This document shows positions 24,740 to 38,865 of a stretch of DNA of 64,000 nucleotides, piece by piece. The translations under genes and the position numbers were made by a program. This DNA comes from Octopus vulgaris. Its lineage: Eukaryota. The stretch lies in contig OX597825.1 in NCBI GenBank assembly GCA_951406725.2, positions 33,976,001 to 34,040,000 of the forward strand. Direction: 5' to 3'. Under the pieces are notes generated by a model. That model searched no databases. It saw nothing but the letters and a program-made list of their open reading frames with translations, and was not told the DNA's origin. How positions within the stretch are numbered: position 1 is the first letter of the stretch; every line of letters starts with the position of its first letter.

Positions 24740-26030
24740 TCAGCTTTTATCATTTATGCACTTCCTGAACAGTCGCATTGATTTTGCTGAGGTGATCTGT
24801 GAGGAGATGACATGACACACAATGTAGTGAGAAAAAGAGCTGAGGCAATGCAAAGCAATTCCTTCAGAAGAAGAGGGCTGGGCGCAATCTCTCAGTTTGC
24901 AAGCTTGATCTCCTAGCACTCTGTTGTGGCTTTCAGGAGGATTGGGGAGCCAAGAATGTAGATGGTGTCCCTTTACATCAACCAAGGCAGGGTGGATACT
25001 GAATAAAGCATCCTGGAATTCAGCTTTACCATAGTTTATCACTTCTGACTTGAATGGGTTGATTTGAAACCCAAGAAGCTTTAGAGTTGGGATGACCTGT
25101 TGAAGGTCCCTGACTACACTCAGTTGAGTTACTCAGTGTCACATCATCCAGGTACCAACCATTGAAGGGTGACCATACTGATTGGGTAACATCGCTGACA
25201 GCCAATGCAAAAAAGAATAGACCAAGAGGGTAATCCTGGTAGACACCTATGGAATAAGTGATCCTGTTGTCAGCAGCCATGAGTGTGCTGGATGTTCCAT
25301 AAGAGAGGTATGCAAGTGGGTGTAATGAGGGAACAAATCTGAGACACATCTCCAAGATGTGGTCTCCCCCCACCCCCACTAATGCAGTTGAAGGTGTATT
25401 TTATATCCAGCTTCAGCAAGAGTCAAGGTGAGGAGGGGAAGTGTATGCTGTATGTAATCTCTGGCTGGGTGGGCAGTCTCAGATCTATACTTAATTCACA
25501 ATTCGTGCCAGACAGGTCTTAGTGCCTCGCTCAGGTCATCCCTAACTGATCTACATCTAACCTGTCTGCAAGTAATCAACAGAAGTAGACTACTTCTATC
25601 ACACAGATCCCTCTGTCCTTTTTATTTTTCAGGGCAATCAGGTTGGCTGAGAAGAGAAGATCTTAGACATGATGGGGAAGGTATGCATAAAGAAGATCAT
25701 CTGTTAGAATAGTGATAGATCGAAGCAAGTGAGTTCCTGCATTGATGGAGTGTGGTAAGATTAAATCTCTGAGGTGTCAGATTGCAAGCCATCTTCTCTG
25801 CCACTGCTGCTCAAAGGAAAGGATCTCAGGACAGCAACCACAACATCACTGGATATGGTAAAGGCCATGTGTCTGTCAGGGATTTGGAAATAGCTGATAT
25901 CTATCAGAGGGTCCAAATGCTGGAGATGGAAAGTGGCCAGAACATCTGCTATGTGCTTGAGCACTGCATTACTTGAGGCCAGCATGTGCACTGCAGCAGA
26001 AACATCACCTTCAATCACCCTCCTGCATTG
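24740..26030 (-). mobile_element. CRE/NeSL-like non-LTR RT, decayed
   Basis: EGDVSAAVHML, SFPLSSSGREDGL, GVYQDYPLGLFFFALAV, NGWYLDDVTL. Confidence 0.65.
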
Positions 26031-26434
26031 TGGAGGGCTGAGAAGAATTTTGATATCTCCTAACTTTCAGAAACTAGGTATTTTTAAAGGAAAATTTCAA
26101 CAAATATCTTTCAGAGTAGGTTGATTACAGTTATATCAGAATTTAATACAAAAAATAAAAATTGTTGTGATAGCACACATACATACTGACACATGTCAAA
26201 CATGTTTAGGAGTTTTTTACAAGTTTAAAGTAATTGGAATCTTCACCATCTAAAGTGTATTTGTTAAAACTTTCATTAAAAAATATCCATTTGTCTGAAA
26301 TTCGTGTAGGTATGCTGCAGCTAACTCTCGCTGATTACTGTATATCATTGTGCATGTATTACCAGAAGTCCACAGTAAATATGCATCTTTTTAAATAATA
26401 ATTGTAGATAGAACATATCTATTTATATATACAC

Positions 26435-28480
26435 AGGAAAAGCCCCTGGCCCATCAGGAATCACCACTGAGATGTTTAAAACATCTGGTGGTGTGAGCTA
26501 TGGCCTAGTTGCCCGTATTGTAAACCAGGTAGTTCATGATGGAGTCATACCCAATGACTGGTGTAGCAGCACCATAGTGAACTGCTACAACGGTAAAGGT
26601 GATGCTTTAGATAGAAATAACTACAGTGGTGTCAAACTGCTGGATCAGGTGATGAAGGTCACGGAGAAGGTCATAGCCCAACTAATTAGGGAGAAGATCT
26701 GCTTAGATGAGATGCAGTTCGGTTTTGTGCCAGGTAGAAGCACCACTGATGCTATATTCCTGGTATGGCAACTGCACAAGAAATACCTAGCCAAAGATAA
26801 ACCCCTATATTTGGCTTTTGTGAACTTGGAGAAAGCCTTTGACAGGGTCCCCTTATCTGGTGGGTGATGCAGAAACTGGGATTGATAAATGGTTAATAAG
26901 GGTTTAAGGCCCTATACAGAGATGCCTTTAGTAGGGTTAGGATTGGAAATGTGTATAGTGAAGGATTCTGGGTAGAAGTAGGGACCCACCAAGGAGCAGC
27001 CCTCAGGCCCTTCTTATTCATCATAGTCCTTCAGGCAATAACAGAGGAATTCAAGACAAGTTGCCCCTGGGAACTCCTCTGTGCTGATGACCTGGCCCTC
27101 ATTGCAGAATCACTACCAGAACTAGAGAAGAAACTTCAAGTGTGGAAGCAAGGTTTAGAATCAAAGGGCCTTAAAGTCAAGGTTGCAAAGACCAAAGTTC
27201 AGGTAAGTAGGATGGTGAACATATCACACACCCCTTCAGGTAGGTGGCCCTGCTTGATGTGTAGAAAAGGTGTAGGTAGAAACTCCATAAGATGTACCCA
27301 GTATAAGCTATGGACACAAGAGATGCAGCAACATCAAAGGAAGATTAACCGGTAAGATAGCTTTCACGTGCAGCAGATGCACAGGGACAATAAACACCAC
27401 AAATGCTCAGAAAACAGACTCCATCTCATGCCGGGAGAAGAAACTAGAAATAGTTGATAGCTTCTGCTACCTAGGTGACCAATTCTGTAGTGGGGGTGGA
27501 TGTTCAGAGAGTATTACAACTAGAATAAGAATAGCCTGGGCAAAGTTCAAAAAGCTCCTGCCCCTACTGGTGACAAAGGGCCTCTTGCTCAGAGTGAAAG
27601 GTAGATGGTATGATGCATGTGTGTGAACTACCATGCTTCATGGCAGTGAAACATGGGCTGTGACTGCTGAAGACGTGCGTAGGCTTGAAAGAAATGAAGC
27701 TAACATGATCCGATGAATGTGCAATGTCAGTGTGCACACATGACAGAGTGTAAGCACCCTGAGAGAAATGTTAGAAATAAGAAGCATTGGATATGGCATG
27801 CAAGAGAGATGTTTGCATTGGTATGGTCATGTACAGTGGATGGATGAAGAGAGCTGTGTGAAGAAGTAACACTCCCAAGCAGTGGAAGGAATCCGGGGTA
27901 GAAGGAGACCCAGGAAGATATGGGATGAGGTGGTGAAGCATGACTTTTGAATGTTGGGCTTCACAGAGACAATGACAAAAGACCGGGACCTCTGGAGGTA
28001 TGCTGTAACTGAGAAGACCCAGCAAATAAAGTGAGTTCACGGCTGTATACTACACCAGTGTCGCATAACCAGCCCACTCAAAAGTATCTTGGATCGTAGG
28101 GCGACATGGGGAGACCTATTAAGTCAAGTACATCAACTTCAGCAATATTAAAATCAAATCAAATGGAAATTGTAGTTGTGAGCCTCGTGCCAGTAGCATG
28201 TAAAAAGCACCATCCAAATGTGGTCGATGCCAGTGCTGCTTTGACTGGCTTCCATGCCAGTGGCACGTAAAAGTGGTCGATGCCAGTTCCTCTGGGCCTG
28301 TGCCAGTGGCACATAAAAAGCACCCACTACACTCTCAGAGTGGTTGGCGTTAGGAAGGGCATCCAGCTGTAGAAATGCTGCCAGATCATATTAGGGTGTA
28401 GTGCAGCCTCCGGGCTTCCCCGATCCCAGCCGAACCATCCAACCCATGCCAGCATGGAAAACGGATGTTAAACAATGATA
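26435..28480 (+). mobile_element. Decayed RTE LINE, same family as 46760-51720
   Basis: GKAPGPSGITTEM...MQFGFVPGRSTTDAIF...WELLCADDL; stops and frameshifts; single-copy 3'UTR. Confidence 0.92.
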
Positions 28481-28839
28481 ACATTATTGAGTGTGCCACA
28501 ACATGATGCTAGGTGTGCTGCACATAATTTTGTTCCCTATACTTTTAGTTATATTTTTAGTTCAGGTGTGCCACCGAAATTTGAAAAGAATATAAGTGTA
28601 GCACAAATAAAAAAAGACTGAGGAGCACCGGTCTACAGGAGGTGAATTTCTAGCTAAAAAGTATTAGTGACACAAAATGTTTGGAAATTCCTCACTGAAG
28701 AAAATTCCTTGGTGATACATGGTAAATAAGGCAGTTTTGTTTAGTTAGAAATTACAGCTGAATGTTTATTGTTTTGATTCCGAAGTGAATTTAATGAGTG
28801 AATGTGAACGAGACACAGACTTTTCCTAGAAACAACAGT

Positions 28840-28926
28840 TCAATTTAATATTGTCACAAGTATGAAAACCAGTGTTAAAACTTTAACAATTATAATATTA
28901 TTCTGCTTGTTCCTGTCTGATTTTAT
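28840..28926 (-). CDS. Candidate hydrophobic terminal exon of cassette 2 (GPI-signal-like)
   Basis: IKSDRNKQNNIIIVKVLTLVFILVTILN* downstream of a long AG-free pyrimidine tract; acceptor ambiguous. Confidence 0.4.
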   Translation of the reverse strand: MKSDRNKQNNIIIVKVLTLVFILVTILN

Positions 28927-30080
28927 CTGTGTTACACTTAGGTCATCAAGGGAAGTTATAACACAAATGTAGAAATATACATAATAAAAGAGAAGAAGGG
29001 GAGAAAGGGAAACAAAGAAACCGGAATAATAGGGTCAGTGAAAGAATAAAAAGAGAAAACACAAAAGAGAGAGAGAAGGTCTTTATTATTAGAGGGAGTT
29101 GTTTGACAAATAGATAGATAGACAGATAGATAGGTAGGTAGGTAGGTAGGTAGGTAGGTAGGTAGGTAGGTAGGTAGATAAGTAGGTATAAGTATCCTTT
29201 TTTTTCCCCCAGTGGTTGTCAGTGAAAAGGAAAATGTTGCAAGCATTGAAAAAGTGTGCAATCAATCCTATTGCTCTTTTGTGTTGAGTGTGACTTTCGT
29301 TGTGCTTGGAAACAATCCACATTAGCAAAGTGAAATTTCGTTTGAAAGTTTTTAATTTAGACCTCTTCAAAATGCATAATTTGCATCATAGTTCCAGTAG
29401 TGGTCTCAAGTCATGTTTGTGAAATAATTTTCATTTTCAAATTATATACCATGTTTATAAGGCTGTTATTGCCAGCTGGTCATTGTGTTCAGACCAGTAC
29501 TTCACTGAGGCTATATTGACCACAAGTCACAGCATTTGGAGCTCAGAAATGAGCTCCTAGACCAGTGAGGCCCTGGGTAAATCAATGCACTACGTCCTTA
29601 AGCATTTATTTATTGACGGTAAGCTACAGCATACATAGATCAGAATTAGACCCCTTAACACCCAAGGCCCCTGATGAAAGCCTCTAGATGGCTTTCCATG
29701 TATTTATATGACACAAAAACAATACTTCAATCTACTTTCAAATATAATATCAGAAGAAGATTGAGCTAAATAAGTCCTATCTTATATATATTAATGAATC
29801 TGTCTCTATCTGTATAGCAAGCAGGATGCCATAATATGAGAGATAATTAATGTCACATAAATGTCTAGATTTTAAGATAGAACTAATTTAAAGAAAATGT
29901 TATGCAAGTAAATTTTTAAACTAGCAAAAGTTCAGTTTGGATGAACCAAATGTAGTATGATTCAAGACAGTATATTATTATATAAATCTGGTTATAAAGA
30001 CCAACCCATGTATGTAGTAGTTAAATCAAAGAAAAGTTCATTTGGGAAATACATTTCAAAAGGATTTAAGAATAGTGTAT

Positions 30081-30103
30081 TCAGCTTGTTATGAGGACTG
30101 CAA
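30081..30103 (-). CDS. Candidate short terminal exon of cassette 2 ((V)AVLITS*)
   Basis: ttttgctttattttAG acceptor, read in phase 1; also present in cassette 1. Frame and usage uncertain. Confidence 0.3.
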
Positions 30104-30741
30104 CTAAAATAAAGCAAAAGTAGGCGTAACTTTTTTAGTAACTGACATAGGTCATTCAAATTGTATATGTTGGTACAATAACACTTCCATAGTGATGCTT
30201 CTTGCTTGTATTATTTCCTCTTCATTAAGGCAGCAAACTGGAAGGATTGTTAGCTGGATGGACAAAATACTCAGCAGCATTTTGTCCATCTTATGTTCTG
30301 AGTTTAAATGCTGCATGAGTTGACTTTGTCTTTTTTGGTTGATGAAATAAGTACCAGCTCTGGAATCAATGAAATCAACTAGCCCCCTCCCCCAAAATCT
30401 CAGGCATTGTATCTATAATAGAAAGGATTATTCTTCTTCATTGTAAACAAATAATAGGTTTCAAGGAGAAATAGTGTACTGTTACTGAGTTCTTGACAAA
30501 GTGGGACTGCAGGCTGAGACAGCTACAGGTTGTGGGCAGAGATGACACAATTCACAGAGGGATCAGTGAAAATATAAAAAGGGAAAAAAACATAATATCA
30601 GAAGAAGATTGAGCTAAAAAAGTCCTATCCTATGTAAGGACAGATGGATGATGAATATGGACAGAATGGAGAGAGGGATGAAGAAGTTTATAGAAGGGGA
30701 AACTAGCATTCCATATACACTAAAAATCAAGAAATACATAC

Positions 30742-30861
30742 CAAGAACTGGTGCTGGTGTAATTTCTTCTGAATCTGTTTGTTCATCTGGTGTAGTAGTT
30801 GTCATTATGTTAGTAGTACTGTCATATGGAGTATATGGAATAGTTGGTTCCTTAACATAAT
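30742..30861 (-). CDS. Cassette 2 exon D: Thr/Pro/acidic stalk
   Basis: ttttctaatgctcAG / GTATGT, 120 nt, phase 1-1; (D)[39 protein letters not shown]. Confidence 0.75.
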
Positions 30862-30994
30862 CTGAGCATTAGAAAAAAAGACAAGTGGATAAATCTTTTG
30901 CCTTTTACTAAATGTGTGTGTGTGTGTGCATGTGTGTGATACACACACATGCATATATACATATATATATACACATACACACACACAAACACAC

Positions 30995-31051
<57 letters not shown>

Positions 31052-31489
31052 CGTACATATATACATATATATATGAAGAGAGAGAGAGAGAAAAGAGAAG
31101 AGAGAGAGAGAGAGGCATGGCTTGCAGGTGCAGGCATGGTTGTGCAGTAAGAAGCTTGCTTCCCAGCCACATGGTTCTGAGTTCAGTCCCACTGCATGAC
31201 ACCATGTGCAAGTGTCTTCTAGTTTAGCCTTTGGGGTGACCAAAGCCTTATAAGTTGATTTGGTTAACAGTAACTGAAAGAAGCCTGTTGTATGCATGTG
31301 TGTATGTGTATGTGTGTGTGCACGTTTTTCTGTTTGTGTTTGTCCTCCACCACTGCTTAACAATTGATGTTGATGTGTTTCTGTCTCCATAAATTTGTTT
31401 TCTGCTGAACAAGTTATGTGAACTTTTCTCCTCAATCTGAGAACCAGGATCAGTCCCACAGGACAATGGCAACAAATGTGAATGTGACA

Positions 31490-32005
31490 ACCATAGAGGT
31501 ATCTCCCGTTTGTGTGTTGCCAGGAAGCTCCTTTCAAGGGTTTATCTTAAACAGACTAAATGAAGCCCTTGCCGGCTTGATGTCCCCTGAATCTCAGTGT
31601 AGATTTCAGGCTGGTAGGGGCACAGTGGATATGATTTTTAGCCTAAGGCAGCAGCAGGAAAAGGCTTCTGAGCACAACGGAAACCTTTTTGTCAGTTTTG
31701 CAGATCTAACTAAAGCTTTCAGCACCCTATCTAGGGATGCCCTTTGGTTGTCCTTAAACAGCTAGGTGTTCCAGAAAAGATGCATAGTGTCATTTCTTTC
31801 CATCAAGGGATGATGGCTTTTGTAAGATCTACTGGGGAAGTGTTTGATTCATTCACAGTTTCAAATGGGACAAAACAAGGCTGTGTTCTTGCACCACTCT
31901 TATTTGAATTGTATTTCTTTATCATATTGGAAACAGCATTTGAGAGTGTTAAAAAAGGAGTAAAATTTGAGTACAGAACAGGTTGTGGCTTGTTCAACCA
32001 GCAGT
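31490..32005 (+). mobile_element. RTE-BovB-like RT fragment
   Basis: PESQCRFQAGRGTVDMIFSLRQQQEKA, FADLTKAF, GTKQGCVLAPLLF. Confidence 0.85.
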
Positions 32006-32721
32006 AAGATTACAGCTGTTTTGATGCATTCTTTATGTAGTAATAATTTCAGTGTGCAATAAATTATGTTCCTATGATTACATCCATATGCATACTGAAT
32101 ATTATACAATACAATTGTATATTCACAAATCATTAAATTGTTGGTATTACTTCAATATTCTGGTGATCTGATGCTTAGCTTACTTTACTTGCATTCATTT
32201 GTGAACAGGAATTGTATAATGAATAGCATGCATATTAATGAAGAGATGTAAACATGACATGCTGCACACTGAAATTATTACCACATGAAGTAGGCTGTGA
32301 AACAACTGTAACCCTATGGATGTCAAATGTTAAATAAATATATTCAATTCTGATATTGCCTGATGTTTGTGTCTTATATACTACTCATGAAATAATTTCA
32401 TTGATTGGATCTTATGTATTTCAGCTACATGGACACTCTGCATTACACTATTCTGTATTGGATTATTATGTGGTCAGCTAGCTGAGTCTGGTAGAGGAGC
32501 TTTCTGTGACAGCCACACAATTCACTGAATCTATATCTTATACTACGTTTTTATACTGATACACACTCACACACACATGACAAATGCACACACATACACC
32601 TATATATACTTACATACACACACATATACATGCATACATACATATATGTATGTGTGTTTGTATGTATGTATGTATGTATGTATGTATGTATGTATGTATG
32701 TATGTATGTATGTATGTATGT

Positions 32722-33567
32722 GTGTTCTGATTAATAAGTACCCGAACTGTTGCTATAGTAACGAAGCTAAAGCATGGAGAGTGAAGCTGCTTGGCTCAGA
32801 TTGACCATGAACACTGTTGTGCATGTGCACTAAGATTCAACATTCTAGCTCACTTCCACTGTTTACAGCAGTGCTTGGAAGGAAGGTATGTAGCGTGTAT
32901 TTGTCACATTGACCATAAGAGAGAAAGTTGAGCAGAGAATCTGCTTCAAATTTTGCCAAAAGCTCTCAACAAACACCATCAAGAAGATCTTGTGCAACTG
33001 AAGCCCCAGTGTCTTTTTGTTCAGCTGAAAGCAGTTTTGGCACAAGCTTGGTAGACACATATCTCATATCCAAATCTTCAGTGATAATGGACTGAACTGA
33101 ACCGTAACTAATCTGCACATCCTCTGATAACTCACAGATGATTATTCAGTGATTTCCCTCACAGCTTCTTGCAAATTTGTGATGTTTTTCTCAGTTCTGC
33201 TGGTTGCAGGTCTCCCAGAATGTTCTTCAATATCAACATTTTGCCAGCCATTTTCAAAAAATCTGAACTACTTGTACACTTGTGTGCTGCTCATACACTG
33301 CCCTCTATACACTTTCTGCAACATTGCATTGGGCCCTGAGCAGGTATCACCATGACAACTTTCTCTGTCATGGTCGATGTGACAATCATACGCTACATAC
33401 CTTCCTTCCAAGCACTGCTGTAAACAGCAGAAGTGAGTTAGAATATTAAAACTTAGAACACAAGAATACCAGAGTTGAAAGTCAATCTGTGCCAAACAGC
33501 TTCACTCTGCATGCTTTAGGTTCGTTACTATGGCAACAGTCCAGATACTCATTGATCAGACCTCGTA
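32722..33567. mobile_element. Mariner-derived element made of two inverted 5' halves
   Basis: 32722-32930 is the imperfect reverse complement of 33350-33567; EQRICFKFCQKL on plus strand; SGRP motif on minus strand. Confidence 0.75.
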
Positions 33568-33671
33568 TATATATGTGAGTGCGTGTGTGTAAATATATAT
33601 GTGTGTGTATGTGTGTGTGTACATATATATGTATGTATGTGTATCTCTCTCTCTCTCTCATATACATTATA

Positions 33672-34230
33672 CTAGCAGTATCGCCCGGCGTTGCTCGGGT
33701 TTGTAAGGGAAATAACTATATAAGCATTTTTAGAGAGTTATAGCCAAAAAATAGCAAAAAAAAATGCATTAAAAATGGAAAAAAAATTATGGTAAATTTT
33801 TTTTTAAATCGTTGACTCATTGTAGACATTTTCTGTTTTGGTGTCTTCAAGCCATGAAGTCGTCGTTCTAAAAGAACGCTGGTCTCCTTGACAACGCTTT
33901 ACGACGTTGATTTCCTTAAACTCCCTTCCCCACAGCTTCACGAGGGAGGGAAGAAGGGGGAAAAGCAACACAGGTGCAGGCGTGAGCATGGACGCCAACT
34001 CCGCTGCCATCGACACATGCAAAAATATGCATTAAAATGGAATAAAAAATGATGTTAAATTATTTTTAAAATCGTAGACTCATCGTAGATGCGTGCTAAT
34101 ACCCAGACGGGCTCGATATGAATCACGACTATAAGATACCCGAATTTGGTTAAACTGCACCGCAAAATGTGGGAGTAGTTAGGAATCTAAATCGAAGGGG
34201 ACAGACACTCACACAACTACAGTTTTATAT
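33672..34230 (-). mobile_element. Non-autonomous Helitron
   Basis: CTAG end with cccggcgttgctcggg hairpin. Confidence 0.8.
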
Positions 34231-34301
34231 ATATATATATATATATATCATCATCATCATCATCGTTTAACGTCCGTTCTCCATGCTAGCATGGGTTGGA
34301 C

Positions 34302-34381
<80 letters not shown>

Positions 34382-34664
34382 TAGATATTATATATATGTA
34401 TGTATGTGTATGTGTTTGTGTGTGTCAGGCTTCCTTCAGTTTGTTAGGCACTTGTACTGGATGAGTAATTTATCTGTTAGACACTTTGAAAACCAATTAA
34501 TGTGAAACCTGTTAAGTATGCATATGTGTGTGTGTATATATATATATGTATACGGGTATACGTATGTATGTATACATATGTATATATATATGTGTATATA
34601 TATATATGTATATGTAAGTGTATATATATATATGTATATATATATAGATACAGATATATGTATG

Positions 34665-34709
<45 letters not shown>

Positions 34710-34950
34710 TTATATATATATATGCATGTGTGTGTGTTTCCTACTCATGCATACATGAAAGATGAAAGTTACACAATGATGATAATGATGTATTAAGTAT
34801 ATATTAAAATTCAAATAACTTCATATATTCTCCAAGCATCTTCAAGTTCATTTATTTCTTCTGCACAAAAACTTGTTTGGATTAGTAATGATTTCTCCCC
34901 CAGCTTTCTCTCTCCCCTTCTTTCTTTCTTTCTTTCTTTATTTCTTTCTT

Positions 34951-34990
<40 letters not shown>

Positions 34991-34993
34991 TCG

Positions 34994-35040
<47 letters not shown>

Positions 35041-35091
35041 TGTATACATATATTCAGCTTGCTAACTACATAGGCATATGATATAATTTAC

Positions 35092-35185
35092 CTGCGGGGT
35101 TTAGTTTACACTCTTTTTCATCAGCACCAGGGTTACTGAATGTGCATCTATAATCAGCTAAAGTATTCAAGTTCATCAAATGAAT
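35092..35185 (-). CDS. Cassette 2 exon C (PLAT-like)
   Basis: 94 nt, intact AG/GT; IHLMNLNTLADYRCTFSNPGADEKECKLNPA. Confidence 0.75.
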
Positions 35186-35272
35186 CTGCAAAAAATTGAA
35201 TCAAATATGTAAAGCATGTTGCATTTAACACACACACACATGTATATATATATATATATATGTACGCATATA

Positions 35273-35311
<39 letters not shown>

Positions 35312-36153
35312 TCCTACCCAGGCATGCACAGAAGATGGACGATGATGATGATGATGATGATATATATATATAGTGAGTGGATCATATATCCTAAAAAGTA
35401 GCACACTCTGAAAGTTAGAGCAGTAAGTACACTGTCTGAACCGTAAATGAGACAGGTTATCACCCTTTGACAGGTCCGGTGGGAAAATCTTATGGATTTA
35501 AAGTATGAACAGGCAACCACTGCCTTTAGGTTGATTCCGCTCTGCAAATACTTTTTACAGCCCTAATCATCAAACTGGATATCCCACACCTGCAGCAGGT
35601 AGCATTTAAAATGGGGGCAAGGACTATAGATCTCATGTCTTGTGTTTAAGAGAGATTGCAAGTCCAACAAGACTTCCAGGATCCTTGCTTGCACTGTTAT
35701 GCAAAGCCTGCATTGTCTGCTCCCTTTTATAGTGGACCCCTGCTGCTCTATGATCCTCCATACAGGTTGTGTTCTCGTCTCTGGTGTATCTTCCATTGGC
35801 TTCAGGCCAGTAGTTTTTTGTTGTTACTGCTGCTGCTATTGATGCTGTCATCGGTACTGTTATTATAGGACGTGGCTCCGGCAATACTGCTGTTATTGTT
35901 GCCGTTGCAGCAGTCATCTTCAGCTGAGTGATTGTGATGCTGCTGCTGTTGCCAATGGTTTTGTGGCTGCCATCACTGTTAATTCTGGGCATGGAACTAG
36001 TAGGTTCGCTGGCACTGCTGGATGGTGTAGTCATCATCTCCAGCTGTAGCTGTGGTGCTGGTTATGGGGTAGCTGTTTCTGTCACTTAATGCATTGCTGC
36101 CGCTGCTACCTCCACTTTTGGAATGTGAAACCATTCCTCTGTCTCTCTGTCTC

Positions 36154-36223
<70 letters not shown>

Positions 36224-36249
36224 TACACACATATACATATATACAAAAA

Positions 36250-36960
36250 TGTTAACGTAAATTTATATAGAGGGGTGAATATAGAAGCAAGAATGATTGC
36301 TAACAATTTTAAAGTTAGCGACAGGATAGAATACCTCCACCCCACCCTAACCCTTTATTACCCTTAAGGACCACAAAGCTAATCTCAATAGAAACTCTAA
36401 ATGTAGACTAATTAACCCAGCTAAAACTGAAGTAGGCATTATTAGCAAAAAATATTATAGATTCTATTTTAAACAAGTTAAATCACAGTGCGGAATTTAA
36501 TCAGAAGATTTGCAATTGTAAATTCAGAGCTGCTGTCCATTAGAAGGAAATGTCTTGAGAAAAGAATACTTTATAGAGCTAAAGTAAAAATAGATGGATC
36601 ACAAGAATACAAAACATACACAGGAGCTTCGAAAAATTCCTTCAAGACTGGGTTTTATTCCCACCAAAATTCTTTTCGATACCCCAAAAATAGGACATGT
36701 CTTGCAAAACATGTCTAGCAATTGAAGGAAAATGCTACCCATCCTTTCAATATCAGCTGGACAATTTTGGAGAAAGCAGTACCATATGACCATGGAGCAT
36801 ATAGATGCCCAATGAAATGCAATCTGTGCCTCTCTGAAAAACTTTTCCTCCTGTACCAGGATAAACATGCATTGAACCAAAGACGAGAACTTCTATATTC
36901 CTGCAGGCATGCTACAAGGTTCAAAATGTCAACTGACAAAATACTGTATGGGTAACTTTT
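36250..36960 (+). mobile_element. Penelope-like RT/GIY-YIG fragment
   Basis: FITLKDHK, CRLINPAKTEVGIISK, YRAKV...TYTGASKNSFKTGFYSH, CNLCLSEK. Confidence 0.85.
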
Positions 36961-37332
36961 TGACTTTTGAAAAATTTTTTGACTTTCACAATTGAATTTG
37001 GTTTTTACACCTAAAATATAGACATCTTCTAGTATTACAATGCTGGTACATATTTCGCCTTCAAATTTTACATTTGACTTTCAAGAAAGCATCTGACTGT
37101 TTTGCAAATTTAAATTAAAATTTTGCAGAGGTTAAAGTTTTACTCATTTACATATTTAAATTTTAGATTTATATTTTTAGAAAATTCAAAAATTTTTATT
37201 ACACTTAATTATATTATATTGATTTATTGTACAATTTTCTTATTTTAATATTCAATACACCTGACAGATTTTAATATATCTGTATGCGTATTTACGTTAT
37301 AGTGTATTTATGCATCTTGATGTAAATATATG

Positions 37333-37375
<43 letters not shown>

Positions 37376-37686
37376 TTATTTGTATATTTGTATCCATGTG
37401 TACATGTGCGTTACTATTGTATATATGAATATATTTATGTAGACATTCTTGTCTGTTTTATATGTGTGCAACATTTGTTAGATACTTTTTAGGAATGCCA
37501 ACTTCCAAATCACTTCTCTTTATCCATCTTTCTATTGTTCTCTTTCTCTTTCTATTTTTCTCTTTCTCTTTCTTTTTTCTTTCTCCCACCACTTATGATT
37601 TTCTTTATTCTTTTTCTTTATCTACCATCCAACAACTAACTTGTACATTTAGAAATATGCAGAGACATATTATGTGTGTGCATATA

Positions 37687-37727
<41 letters not shown>

Positions 37728-37879
37728 AGAAACCTATATATGCATTAGTATATGTATATTTTTTGCCTGTGTCTGTTTATATATGTATGTAGGCATGTAC
37801 CAATGTTTGTATGTTTAGCGTATATATGTATGTATAGCTTTTTTGGTATGTATATGTATAAGTAAATTTATATGTATTA

Positions 37880-38255
37880 AAATAGCTGTTTGCTGGTGTG
37901 ATGCCTTCTTCTCCTTCAAGCTTCTGTTTAAGATGGCCAATCCAGTCTCCATTGGGCTGCATAATATGGGTGTATTCTCAAAGTACCTATACAATAGTTC
38001 TCCAACTCTGACGATGTTGTTACTCTCCCTTTTGAGTATGCATAGAATGTACTCATCTCTTTCTTTACTGTTCAGCAGGTGTTGTCTGAGTGATACAATG
38101 CAAATTTCAAAGGTTGTTTGGACTGACCCTATGCCTCTACTGTCATCATTTCACCCTACGTATATCTTATTGCTGTCGCTGTTAATGTGGAAGTTGCCAG
38201 TGGTGGTCAGTACCTTTCTGGTTTTGATGTCCAGACTGCATATCTCATCAAATGT
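37880..38255 (-). mobile_element. Remnant of the R4/Dong-like element (cassette 2 copy)
   Basis: Collinear with 22390-22765. Confidence 0.8.
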
Positions 38256-38617
38256 GTGAGAGAGAGAAAGGGAGAGAGTGTGAGAAAGAGTGAATGGGAG
38301 GGAAAGAGAGATGACTGTGTTCCGCATTAAAAGGTGATATCTTTATATCCTTATATTTATGTACCTGTTTCATTACCTGGATTGAAAGTAGTGTGAGAAA
38401 ATGGTCAAAGAGCTGGATACTAATATGTTATTACCTGAATTGAAAACAGGAACTTTTAAGTAACATGATAATGCAGCAAAATCACGCACATACACACACA
38501 CACCACACACACGCATTACGCACACACACACGCACACACACAGCCACACTAATATGTACACACAGCCACATACACACACACACAGATTAAAAATGAGAAT
38601 TCTATCCAAATACTTAC

Positions 38618-38865
38618 ACTTTCCAATTTCCAAGCAGCTGTAAGGAAATTTTTTACCGTTTCATTTAATTTTAATTTTTTTACTGGATCAATTCGTGGAG
38701 TGCAAAAATCAAAGCTGAGTTGAGATCCCCTTTTACGTTTATCTGCACAAGATAATTTATTTGTGAAAACACTTGTTTCATCATTGATTAATTGAACATT
38801 GAAATAATTTGAGGTTCCAGACAAAAGTTTCCTTGAAATATAAAATGTGATTCTCCAGCAGTAAT
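38618..38865 (-). CDS. Cassette 2 exon B (PLAT-like)
   Basis: tttcAG / GTAAGT, 248 nt, i.e. an in-frame net 9-nt deletion versus the other copies; (D)YCWRITFY...NFLTAAWKLES, no stops. Confidence 0.75.

Noticed and set aside
26187-26249. 63-nt exon-like segment (tttAG...GTATGT, minus strand) as a possible leader for cassette 1
   Set aside because: Stop codons in all three frames; similarity to the 72-nt linker exon is unconvincing.
30614-30741. Read-through of the D2 donor giving a hydrophobic tail
   Set aside because: The paralogous sequence after D1 is frameshifted and the donor is consensus; probably intron.
35633-36037. Thr/Ser-rich mucin-like ORF
   Set aside because: Low-complexity trinucleotide sequence; the paralogous block at 52200-52690 does not keep the frame.
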